A DNA stretch of 23,134 bases, taken from assembly GCA_037137395.1 (NCBI GenBank), contig JBAXKK010000038.1, positions 1 through 23,134 on the forward strand. The letters run 5' to 3'. Below are positions 1 through 7,696 of this stretch, in pieces (the first letter of the stretch is position 1; each line of letters begins with the position of its first letter). The notes beneath the pieces were generated by a model. It was not told the origin of the DNA. It did not search any database and saw nothing but the letters and a program-made list of their open reading frames with translations. This stretch comes from Elusimicrobiota bacterium (GTDB lineage: Bacteria > Elusimicrobiota > Elusimicrobia > Elusimicrobiales > UBA9959). The position numbers and the translations under genes were made by a program.

Positions 1-31
1 CTATAGCCTATGGCGTCCTGTGGCCTACATC
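1..31. repeat. Degenerate heptamer array (CTATAGC, CTATGGC, CTGTGGC), possibly truncated by the window edge
   Basis: Units at 1-7, 8-14 and 18-24; same nTAYGGC family as 4313-4340 and 5308-5335. Confidence 0.55.
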
Positions 32-39
32 TTATTTTG

Positions 40-45
40 TAGAAT
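40..45 (+). promoter_or_regulatory. Putative -10 box (TAGAAT), leaderless-type spacing
   Basis: TAGAAT is 6 nt before ATG52 and no Shine-Dalgarno is present. Confidence 0.5.
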
Positions 46-51
46 TCATAT

Positions 52-1020
52 ATGTCCGCTATTAAGACTGACAATCTGGTAAAACGCTACTCCGAGGTTA
101 CGGCTGTGGATGGCGTTTCGCTGGAAATACCCGAGGGGGAAGTTTTCGGACTGCTTGGCCCTAACGGCGCCGGCAAGACCACGCTTATAAGCATGCTGGC
201 CACCCTTGTAAAGCCCACCTCAGGCACGGCCCTTGTCGCCGGCTTTGATATTAACAAAGAATCCCTTAAGGTCAGGCACAATATCGGCATAGTATTTCAG
301 GAACCCAGTGTGGACGATCTGCTGACGGCCAGAGAGAACCTTTATCTGCATTCCATGCTTTACGGCATGCCGCGCCGTGAAATAAACCCAAAGATAGACG
401 CGATGCTGGCTCTGGTGAACCTGGGCGACCGGGCGGATAGCTTTGTGAAAACTTTCTCCGGCGGCATGAGGCGGCGCCTTGAAATAGCGCGCGGCCTTAT
501 ACACGCTCCCAGAATACTTTTTTTAGACGAACCTACGCTCGGTCTGGACCCGGCCAGCCGTAAAGCGGTATGGGCCCACATCCGTGAATTGAAAGAAGCG
601 CATAAAACCACCATCATCCTTACCACGCATTACATGGAAGAGGCCGACAGCCTGGCCGACCGCATAGGCATCATTCATCACGGCCGCATAATAGAGCTGG
701 ACACGCCCGAAGCTCTCAAGAAAAAAGTTGGCCAGGATCTTGTGTTCCTGACCGGAAAAATAGACGAGGGGGCCATAAGCGCGCTTCCGTTCGTGGGCAG
801 CGTCGAGCTGGAAACCGGCCGCTACAAGATAAGCATCACCGATCCGGCCCGCAACCTTCAGGCCCTGTTGAACGCGGCCGGCCGGATAGAGGAAGTGGAA
901 GTGCGGCGGGTCACGCTGGATGATGTGTTCCTTAAATTCGCCGGCCAGCAGATTAGCGAGGACTCCGGCAATAGCGGCATATTTGAACGCATAGCGACGG
1001 TAAAAAGCACGAGGAAGTAA
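52..1020 (+). CDS. ABC transporter ATP-binding protein (DrrA/NodI-like, ABC-2 exporter)
   Basis: Walker A GPNGAGKT, signature FSGGMRRRL, Walker B LFLDEPT, H-loop TTHY. Confidence 0.95.
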   Translation: MSAIKTDNLVKRYSEVTAVDGVSLEIPEGEVFGLLGPNGAGKTTLISMLATLVKPTSGTALVAGFDINKESLKVRHNIGIVFQEPSVDDLLTARENLYLHSMLYGMPRREINPKIDAMLALVNLGDRADSFVKTFSGGMRRRLEIARGLIHAPRILFLDEPTLGLDPASRKAVWAHIRELKEAHKTTIILTTHYMEEADSLADRIGIIHHGRIIELDTPEALKKKVGQDLVFLTGKIDEGAISALPFVGSVELETGRYKISITDPARNLQALLNAAGRIEEVEVRRVTLDDVFLKFAGQQISEDSGNSGIFERIATVKSTRK

Positions 1021-1038
1021 TCAAGAAGCAAAGCGATC

Positions 1039-1138
1039 AGCAATTTAGCCGCAAAGCTATTTAGCAATTTAGCCAAACTGCTTTACCTCTAAACTGCTTT
1101 GCATCTAAACGGCTTTACATCTAGACGGCCATGCATCT
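1039..1138. repeat. Bipartite 8-bp-period array with inverted arms
   Basis: Left arm AGCAATTT/AGCCGCAA/AGCTATTT/AGCAATTT (1039-1070); right arm alternates AAACTGCT-like and TTrCATCT-like units (1075-1138); the reverse complement of AAACTGCT is AGCAGTTT. Confidence 0.8.
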
Positions 1139-1144
1139 ACACAT

Positions 1145-1903
1145 ATGAACCTTAACGCCATCTACGCGCTCCTCCTCAGGGAAGCCAAAATTTTTTTCAG
1201 GGAAAAAGAACGGATCATCTCGATCCTTATCTCGCCGCTTTTGTTCCTGTTCGTGATGGGCCGGGGAATGGGGTCAGGCACTAGCCCTATCGAAGGGTAT
1301 ACCTACCAGCAGTTTATTTTCCCGGGGATCCTCGCAATGGTAATACTTTTCACCTCTATCACCTACGGACTTTACATTATCTGGGATAAGCGGCTGGATT
1401 TCCTTAAGGAAGTGCTGGCGGCTCCAATATCCCGGACCACGCTTTTTATAGGCAAGTCGCTGGGGGGAATGCTTGGGGCTATCATAGAAACTTTGATCCT
1501 GCTCATAATCGGGGCTTTTTTCATACTGCCGGTGATGAGCGCGGGGCAAGTGGCGCTGTGCCTGGCGGTTTCCTTCCCGGTGTCGTACATGATAACCAAC
1601 ATCGGCCTGACTATAGGCGCGCGGATGAAATCCATGGAGGGCTTCGGCCTCGTAATGAGCTTTTTGACCTGGCCGCTTTTCTTTTTCAGCGGAGCGCTGT
1701 TCGACCTGTCCACCGCGGAGCCTTATATCAAAATCATCTCTCTTTTTGACCCGGTGACCTACGCTGTGGATATCATGCGCTTCATCATGCTGGGCCACGG
1801 CGCTTTCCCGGTCTGGGCGGATCTCGCCGCGATAGCGGCTTTCTGCCTCGCCACGACTATCCTGGGCGTGACCTCCTTCGGCAAACTCCAACAGGAAAAA
1901 TAA
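1145..1903 (+). CDS. ABC-2 type transporter permease (DrrB-like)
   Basis: About 6 hydrophobic segments; motifs GFL-like DFLKEVLAAPISR, FFSGALF and DPVTYAVD; directly follows the ATPase. Confidence 0.93.
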   Translation: MNLNAIYALLLREAKIFFREKERIISILISPLLFLFVMGRGMGSGTSPIEGYTYQQFIFPGILAMVILFTSITYGLYIIWDKRLDFLKEVLAAPISRTTLFIGKSLGGMLGAIIETLILLIIGAFFILPVMSAGQVALCLAVSFPVSYMITNIGLTIGARMKSMEGFGLVMSFLTWPLFFFSGALFDLSTAEPYIKIISLFDPVTYAVDIMRFIMLGHGAFPVWADLAAIAAFCLATTILGVTSFGKLQQEK

Positions 1904-1910
1904 AACATCC

Positions 1911-1961
1911 AATTAAAGTGACACACAACTTAATTGAATTAAGTTGTGTGTCACTTTAATT
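1911..1961. repeat. Perfect 51-bp palindrome (25-bp arms, 1-nt centre) between convergent genes; REP-like element or bidirectional terminator
   Basis: AATTAAAGTGACACACAACTTAATT-G-AATTAAGTTGTGTGTCACTTTAATT. Confidence 0.9.
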
Positions 1962-1964
1962 CCG

Positions 1965-3404
1965 TTACGCGCGGCGGGCTATCAGGGCGCGGACTTTTTC
2001 TTTTTCTTCGGGGAGGAAAAAGCCAAGGGCCAGGAGGCATACTGGGAAAGCGGCGAGAACGGAGAGGCGGTAAACAAGCCAGGCCGACGTGCCGCCATCT
2101 ATCCATCCGGCCAAGGCGGGAAGGCAGAGCGCCAGCGCCGTGACGGTTATCAGACCGAGGCGGCCCAATTCGTAAGGGACGGGTAAATAGCGGCGCCCGG
2201 CGACATAGACCACAAGCGCCATAACGCAGTAAGCCGCGAAAGCGGCCCAGGGCGGCCCCAGAATACCCCAGACCGGGATCAGCGCGAAGTTCGCTGCCAC
2301 GCTGACGACCGCCCCTGAAAGAGTGGCGAACATTATGACCTTCGTTTTTTTGGCGATGATAATGGGAGCCAGTAAGTTAACATAGATCCCGTTAATCAAA
2401 TAGGCGAACAAAACAACCGGCATTATACTTAGGCCGGACCAGTAACTGGGATGAATGAGCGCTTTGCCGGCTATCTGAAGACGGACGAGATCGGGGATGA
2501 AAAAGGAGAGGGCGATGCCCAGCCAGGTGAGGGCCAGCACAAAATAAGTCAGCACACGCGCGAAAACTTTAACGCTTCCAGGCTTATCAGCCCGTTCAAG
2601 GAAGAAAGGCCGCCAGGCCTGGTCGAACATGCTGACCAGGAGCACCATGAAGATACCCAACCGGTAATTTGCCTGGTAAACTCCGACCGCGGCCTCGCCG
2701 GACAGCCGCAGAAGTATAGGCCTGTCTATTACCTGCACCGCCATGGCGCCAAGGCCCGCCGGCAGGAGCGGCAGAGCGTAACTCAGCAGTTTTGGCAGCA
2801 TTTCCCGGTCCAGTGTAAAAGTGAAACGCTTGGGTACGGCAACCACGGAAAACAGCGAGGAAACAATGTTCGCGATAAAAATGCCTTCTATACCCATGTG
2901 GAAGCGCGTAATAAGCACGATGTTAAGTATCACATTCAGCGCTATTGAGAACAGCCTTACGCCGGCGAAATAAAAAGGACGATGCCCCATTCTGAGGTCA
3001 GCGAACGGCAGCACATTTACGCCGTCCAAAAACAGAATGACCGCCGCATAAAGCACGATGTTTGACCGGGCGGCGCCTATGCCGCCCAGTCCGGCCCAAA
3101 AACCCGGGGCCAAGGCCAGCACCAGCGAGAAAATCCCGCAGGTAAGCAGGACGGAAGAATAGGCCGTGGAAAAAGCCTTTTTCCTGTCGGCGTAATGGCG
3201 CATGTAGGCCTGGTCCATCCCGTACTGGTAAAAAATATTCAGGAAGGCTATATAAGAAAAAACGGTGGCCACCACGCCGTATTCGGCCGGCAGCAGGTAG
3301 TGGGTGTAAAACGGCATCAGCAGGAAATTAAGCAGCCTGGCGCCGACGGTGGAAAGCCCGTAGATAACCGACTCTTTACCCAGAGACCGTATATCTTTAA
3401 ACAT
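1965..3404 (-). CDS. Oligosaccharide/polysaccharide flippase (Wzx-like, MOP superfamily)
   Basis: 479 aa with 12-14 TM segments; N-terminal SVIYGLS..RLLNFLLMPFYTHYLLPAEYG and later DRPIL..AVGVYQ motifs typical of Polysacc_synt proteins. Confidence 0.85.
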   Translation of the reverse strand: MFKDIRSLGKESVIYGLSTVGARLLNFLLMPFYTHYLLPAEYGVVATVFSYIAFLNIFYQYGMDQAYMRHYADRKKAFSTAYSSVLLTCGIFSLVLALAPGFWAGLGGIGAARSNIVLYAAVILFLDGVNVLPFADLRMGHRPFYFAGVRLFSIALNVILNIVLITRFHMGIEGIFIANIVSSLFSVVAVPKRFTFTLDREMLPKLLSYALPLLPAGLGAMAVQVIDRPILLRLSGEAAVGVYQANYRLGIFMVLLVSMFDQAWRPFFLERADKPGSVKVFARVLTYFVLALTWLGIALSFFIPDLVRLQIAGKALIHPSYWSGLSIMPVVLFAYLINGIYVNLLAPIIIAKKTKVIMFATLSGAVVSVAANFALIPVWGILGPPWAAFAAYCVMALVVYVAGRRYLPVPYELGRLGLITVTALALCLPALAGWIDGGTSAWLVYRLSVLAAFPVCLLALGFFLPEEKEKVRALIARRA

Positions 3405-3409
3405 ACCTC

Positions 3410-3418
3410 ATTTTATCA
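3410..3418 (-). promoter_or_regulatory. Putative extended -10 (TGATAAAAT) for the flippase
   Basis: The minus strand reads TGATAAAAT-GAGGT-ATG. Confidence 0.45.
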
Positions 3419-3445
3419 GTTTTATCACGGCGCAGGTTTGTAAAA

Positions 3446-3454
3446 TGTTATAAT
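3446..3454 (+). promoter_or_regulatory. Putative extended -10 (TGTTATAAT) for the Crp/Fnr gene
   Basis: Consensus TGnTATAAT about 60 nt upstream of ATG3517. Confidence 0.55.
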
Positions 3455-3516
3455 AGCTTATGCTACTATCTTGGGATTTAGCATATTTGGGGTTTTAGCC
3501 GAGGGTTTGGGGGGAT

Positions 3517-4230
3517 ATGATTAACTTCACGAAAACCGCAGCGCCTGATTGTTTTTCCTGTCAGTTCGAGTCATCCTGTTTTTGCGACAAACTGGAGCCT
3601 GCCGCCCGGAAGGTATGGAATAAAATACGTCTGGCCGCCGCTTTACCGGCCGACCAGAATATTTATTCCGAATACCAGAAGCCGGAAGGCGTCTATGTTG
3701 TATGCAGGGGACGGGTAAAAATCTTCTCCACTGACGCCAAAGGCTCTCAGATGATCACCTGGATACGCCACCCCGGAGAGGTCTTCGGACACATAGCTCT
3801 TTTCTCAAAGCATAAATATGTGTGTACTAGCCGGACCATGGGATTAACCACGCTTTCCTTTATAACCGCTAAGGCGCTGAATGAATTTCTCACCGCCTAT
3901 CCAGGAACCTATCCACTGCTGTTGCATAAGATCGCCAACGAACTCAGGTCCCTGCAGCTCAGACTTAAGGATACGGCTTATAAGCCGGCCAAGTCAAAAG
4001 TGGCACTGGCTCTGATACACGCAATTTCCTACAAATCAAAGAACACGGACACGCCTGCCATACACGGTTTAAAGCGCACCGAGATCGCGGAAATAACGGG
4101 CCTGGCCCTTGAAACCGTGGTCCGCGCCTTGGCCGAGCTTGAAAAGAAAAAAGTCATCAAGCGCGAAACAAAAGCAATAAAGATCCTAAACTATTCCTCG
4201 CTCGTAAAGCTCTCCGGCACGATGGCCTGA
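3517..4230 (+). CDS. Crp/Fnr-family transcriptional regulator with an N-terminal Cys cluster
   Basis: cNMP-binding-type barrel (GVYVVCRGRVKI...PGEVFG), HTH RTEIAEITGLALETVVRAL, N-terminal CxxCx5CxC. Confidence 0.92.
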   Translation: MINFTKTAAPDCFSCQFESSCFCDKLEPAARKVWNKIRLAAALPADQNIYSEYQKPEGVYVVCRGRVKIFSTDAKGSQMITWIRHPGEVFGHIALFSKHKYVCTSRTMGLTTLSFITAKALNEFLTAYPGTYPLLLHKIANELRSLQLRLKDTAYKPAKSKVALALIHAISYKSKNTDTPAIHGLKRTEIAEITGLALETVVRALAELEKKKVIKRETKAIKILNYSSLVKLSGTMA

Positions 4231-4270
4231 GAGACCCCGGTGGCGCGCGCGCAAATCGCGCCTGCTCATA

Positions 4271-4305
4271 AAAAAGGGAACAGCTTTAAAAGCTGTTCCC
4301 TTTTT
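4271..4305. terminator. Bidirectional Rho-independent terminator
   Basis: AAAAAGGGAACAGCTTT-A-AAAGCTGTTCCCTTTTT; T-tails on both strands; lies between convergent units. Confidence 0.9.
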
Positions 4306-4312
4306 AATTCGC

Positions 4313-4340
4313 ATACGGCTTATGGCCTACGGCCTATAGC
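4313..4340. repeat. Heptamer array, 4 units of nTAYGGC type
   Basis: ATACGGC TTATGGC CTACGGC CTATAGC. Confidence 0.7.
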
Positions 4341-4344
4341 ATCT

Positions 4345-4658
4345 TTAGCCTGAAAGTTGCAGTTGCAACTTTCCGCCCGCATAGCTGGCGCCCATTAGGG
4401 AGGCATAGTCACGCATAAAACGCATAGCGGTTTTGCGCGACCCCGCCTCTGTGTTTTCGCTGCGCAGGAAAACACCTGCGGCCTTGCGGCCCGGACGCGA
4501 GGCATAATTATGCCTCGTTCTAAAGCCGGGCCTCACCTCTTCGGGCCGGGCGCGCATAGCGCTGGGCCCTCAGCCCGCTCTGCGGGGAATCCTGCAGAAT
4601 AATTCGGTTCCCTGATTCCATAAATGGAATCTATTTTGAACTGCAGGATTCAGGTTAA
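4345..4658. mobile_element. Putative MITE / non-autonomous IS-derived element
   Basis: Imperfect terminal inverted repeats TTAGCCTGAAAGTTGCAGTT vs TTAACCTGAATCCTGCAGTT (16/20); possible TA duplication; many internal hairpins; no credible ORF. Confidence 0.55.
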
Positions 4659-5284
4659 TTAGTTCCAAACATCCGGTCGCCGGCGTCGCCGAGGCCCGGC
4701 ACGATATAACCGTCTTTATTAAGCTTTTCATCCACTGTGCCGATGTAAATAGGAACATCAGGATGCGCGGAGGCCAGACGCTTCACGCCGTATTTGGCGC
4801 CGATCAGACCCATAAAACAAATATTCTTCGCGCCGCGAGCCTTAAGGATCTCGACGGCTTCAGACGCGGAACCGCCGGTAGCCAGCATCGGGTCAACAAT
4901 GATCACCAGGCTGTTGTTAATGCGCGTAGGCAGGCGCACATAATACTTCACGGGCTTAAGCGTAGTCTCATCACGATAAATGCCGATATGGGCCAGCCGC
5001 GCTTCAGGGTGCACCTTGATCAGTCCGTCCAGCATGCCGAGGCCCGCGCGCAAAATAGCCACGAATATAATATCGTGCGAGAGCGTCATGGCTTTACAGG
5101 GTCCAAGCGGCGTAGCCACTCCAGTAACTTTAACTTTAGCGTTCGCCAGAACATCGTGAGCGAGCAGCATGCTGATCTCGCTCATGACGCGCCTGAAATC
5201 GGCCACGGAAGTCTTTTTATCGCGCAGTCTGGCTATCTTATGCATTACAAGGGGATGCTTTGAGATAAAGACATTTTTATTCAT
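4655..5284 (-). CDS. upp: Uracil phosphoribosyltransferase
   Basis: HPLV, AILRAGLGM, VDPMLATGGS, GYIVPGLGDAGDRMFGT; SD AAGGAG. Confidence 0.98.
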   Translation of the reverse strand: MNKNVFISKHPLVMHKIARLRDKKTSVADFRRVMSEISMLLAHDVLANAKVKVTGVATPLGPCKAMTLSHDIIFVAILRAGLGMLDGLIKVHPEARLAHIGIYRDETTLKPVKYYVRLPTRINNSLVIIVDPMLATGGSASEAVEILKARGAKNICFMGLIGAKYGVKRLASAHPDVPIYIGTVDEKLNKDGYIVPGLGDAGDRMFGTN

Positions 5285-5307
5285 AAAATCTCCTTTGCAG
5301 TTTCTGC

Positions 5308-5335
5308 GTATGGCATATGGCGTACGGCATATGAC
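5308..5335. repeat. Heptamer array, 4 units of rTAYGGC type
   Basis: GTATGGC ATATGGC GTACGGC ATATGAC. Confidence 0.75.
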
Positions 5336-5350
5336 AATTTTACTCCATGG

Positions 5351-6661
5351 TTACTCTATTATTTCTTTTATCAACGGCGATTTTTTAGGCGGTCTGGAAC
5401 CGGTCTTAAGAGCCGACTCAAACATCTTTTTGCCTTCCCTGAGCTTTGCGGGATTTGAAGCGTAAATTTTGGCGATGAGGTCTCCGGCGGCAATTTTGTC
5501 GCCGGTTTTTTTATAGAGCACGATGCCGGCGCCGAAATCCACGGCATCCTCGGCCCGGGCGCGGCCCGCGCCGAGCAACACGCTGGCGTGACCGACGGTG
5601 CGCGCGTCCATGCCGGTCAGATAGCCGGATACTGAAGCCTTCACCTGCGCGACCAGTTTGGCCTTAGGCAGGAACTTTTCCGGCTGGTCCGCTACGCGGG
5701 GGTCGCCGCCCTGCCATTTCACCATCTGCCGCATTTTCTCCAGCGCTGAACCATCGGAGATAACCATCCTGGCTCTGGCTACGCCTTCCTTCGGGGTTTC
5801 GGCCTTTCCGCCAAGGCATATCATCCAGCCGGCCAGGGTTTCCAGCACTTCCATAAAATCGGCCGGTCCCTTTTCGCCGCGAAGTATCCTTATGGACTGC
5901 TCCAGCTCTATACCATTGCCGACCGCGCAGCCCAGCGGCTCGTCCATGGCTGTAAGAACGGCGACACAGCGAATGCCCAACTGCCTGGCGGTATCTATGA
6001 GGGCGACGGCTAATTCCCGACTTTTCTTAAAATCCTTAAGGAACGCGCCCGAACCGTACTTAACGTCCATTATCAGACCGGTGATATCCTCGGCGTATTT
6101 TTTAGAGAGGATGCTGGCCACTATCAGCGGAAGGGATTCCACTGTGCAGCTGGCGTCGCGCAGAGCGTAAAGCTTTTTATCGCTGGGCGCCAGTTCCGCC
6201 GTCTGGCCGAACATTGAAACGCCGGTGGCCTTAAGCTGCTGGTAAACCTGATCAGAGGTAAGACGCACTTTAAAGCCCTTCATCGCTTCCAGTTTATCCA
6301 GCGTGCCGCCGGTATGCCCCAGGCCCCTGCCGCTCATCATAGGCACAATGACGCCGGCCGCGGCGGCAATTGGCGCCAGAGCCAGAGAAACTCCGTCTCC
6401 GACTCCGCCGGTGGAATGCTTATCCACCCGGCAGCCTTTCAGGCTCTTAAGATCCAGTTTTTTACCGGAAAGCGCCATGGCCTTGGTGAAATCCGCGGTC
6501 TCCTTTCGGGAAAGAGGCTTAAAAAAAGCGGCCATCAGCCAGGCTGAAAGCTGGTAGTCGGGGATGGCGCCGGAAGCCGCACCGTCGGCGATGAATTTTA
6601 GCTCATTAAAATCATGCGCGACGCCGGAACGTTTCTTTAAAATTAAATCAAGCATTCTCAT
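5351..6661 (-). CDS. pdp: Pyrimidine-nucleoside (thymidine) phosphorylase
   Basis: DKHSTGGVGD, SGRGLGHTGGTLDKLE, LYALRD, SILSKK, DVKYGSGAF. Confidence 0.96.
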   Translation of the reverse strand: MRMLDLILKKRSGVAHDFNELKFIADGAASGAIPDYQLSAWLMAAFFKPLSRKETADFTKAMALSGKKLDLKSLKGCRVDKHSTGGVGDGVSLALAPIAAAAGVIVPMMSGRGLGHTGGTLDKLEAMKGFKVRLTSDQVYQQLKATGVSMFGQTAELAPSDKKLYALRDASCTVESLPLIVASILSKKYAEDITGLIMDVKYGSGAFLKDFKKSRELAVALIDTARQLGIRCVAVLTAMDEPLGCAVGNGIELEQSIRILRGEKGPADFMEVLETLAGWMICLGGKAETPKEGVARARMVISDGSALEKMRQMVKWQGGDPRVADQPEKFLPKAKLVAQVKASVSGYLTGMDARTVGHASVLLGAGRARAEDAVDFGAGIVLYKKTGDKIAAGDLIAKIYASNPAKLREGKKMFESALKTGSRPPKKSPLIKEIIE

Positions 6662-6680
6662 ATTATTCCTCGCGTAGCAA

Positions 6681-6797
6681 AAGTATTAAGTATTAAGTAT
6701 TAAGTATTTAGTATTTAGTATTTAGTATTTAGTATTTAGTATTTAGTATTTAGTATTTAGTATTTAGTTACTTACCACTTATCACTTACTACTTATC
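6681..6797. repeat. Bipartite heptamer array: (AAGTATT)4(TAGTATT)8 followed by four inverted-type ACTTAyy units
   Basis: Counted directly: 12 units at 6681-6764; ACTTACC ACTTATC ACTTACT ACTTATC at 6770-6797. Confidence 0.95.
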
Positions 6798-6799
6798 CC

Positions 6800-7636
6800 T
6801 CACACTTTATCAGACTTTAAAACTGTTTCAAGCAGAGCTTTCATTTTAACTGAAACTTTCTCGCCCAGCTTAAGCACGTCGTCGTGGTCCAGTGTCTCCT
6901 TAGAGATGCCGCTGGTGAAATTGGAGATCCAGCACACGCCAAGCACTTTCATCTTGAGCTGGCGGGCCGCTATAACCTCGGGCACTACCGACATTCCGGC
7001 CACGGATCCGCCGAGCATCCTATAGACCTTGACCTCAGTGGGGGTTTCGTAGGAGGGCCCTGTCACGGCGAGGTATACGCCTTCGCTTGCCCTGATTTTC
7101 AACTTGCGGGCGGCTGCGAGAGCTTCCCGCCGCAGGGCCGCGTCGTAGGGCATATTCATGTCCGGAAACATCTCGCCGAAGAGCGGGTCATAATTGCCCA
7201 TAAGAGGATTGGCGCCCATAAAATTTATGTGATCCTTCAGGATCAGAAAATCTCCCGGCCGCAGTGAAGGTTTCAGGGACCCGACAGCCGCGGTAACAAT
7301 AAGCGTCTTTACGCCCAAAAGCCCCAGCACGCGCACGGGGAAGGCGATAAAGCTGAGAGGACGGCCCTCATAATAATGGAAGCGGCCGCGCATAATGACG
7401 ACATCCTTTCCGCGCAGACGGCCGAACACTAATTCTCCCGCGTGACCTTTGACGGTGGTCCGGGGGAAGTTAGGGATGGCGGAATAAGGGATGGAGATCT
7501 TATCCGTCAGTTCAGGCAGAGAATTGGCCAGGCCGCTGCCGGCGATTATGGCGGCGACAGGTTTAAACTTACGGGTCCGGGCCTTAAGCCAGGCCGCGGT
7601 CTTTGAGACGTTAATTACAGGATTTTCGGGGTTCAT
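6800..7636 (-). CDS. punA: Purine-nucleoside phosphorylase, trimeric type (PNP I)
   Basis: GSGL, GRFHYYEG, GPSYETPTE, GMSVVPE, ISN; start placed at 7636 because GGAG lies 6 nt upstream (alternative start 7648). Confidence 0.93.
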   Translation of the reverse strand: MNPENPVINVSKTAAWLKARTRKFKPVAAIIAGSGLANSLPELTDKISIPYSAIPNFPRTTVKGHAGELVFGRLRGKDVVIMRGRFHYYEGRPLSFIAFPVRVLGLLGVKTLIVTAAVGSLKPSLRPGDFLILKDHINFMGANPLMGNYDPLFGEMFPDMNMPYDAALRREALAAARKLKIRASEGVYLAVTGPSYETPTEVKVYRMLGGSVAGMSVVPEVIAARQLKMKVLGVCWISNFTSGISKETLDHDDVLKLGEKVSVKMKALLETVLKSDKV

Positions 7637-7664
7637 AAAAATCTCCATGGTCGGGGAATCAAAA

Positions 7665-7696
7665 AATCCTCTGATCTTCTAATCCTCCAATCCTCT
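7665..7696. repeat. 8-bp-period array, 4 units, overlapping the yraN stop
   Basis: AATCCTCT GATCTTCT AATCCTCC AATCCTCT. Confidence 0.75.

Noticed and set aside
1274..1912. 212-aa minus-strand ORF
   Set aside because: Antisense to the well-supported ABC permease.
3405..3516. Canonical FNR (TTGAT-N4-ATCAA) or CRP box
   Set aside because: No adequate palindromic match; only ATCA half-site-like direct repeats.
4345..4557. 70-aa ORF inside the MITE-like element
   Set aside because: No SD, no transposase motif, and composition dictated by hairpins.
6681..6797. Possible CRISPR array
   Set aside because: Contiguous 7-bp units with no unique spacers and no cas genes.
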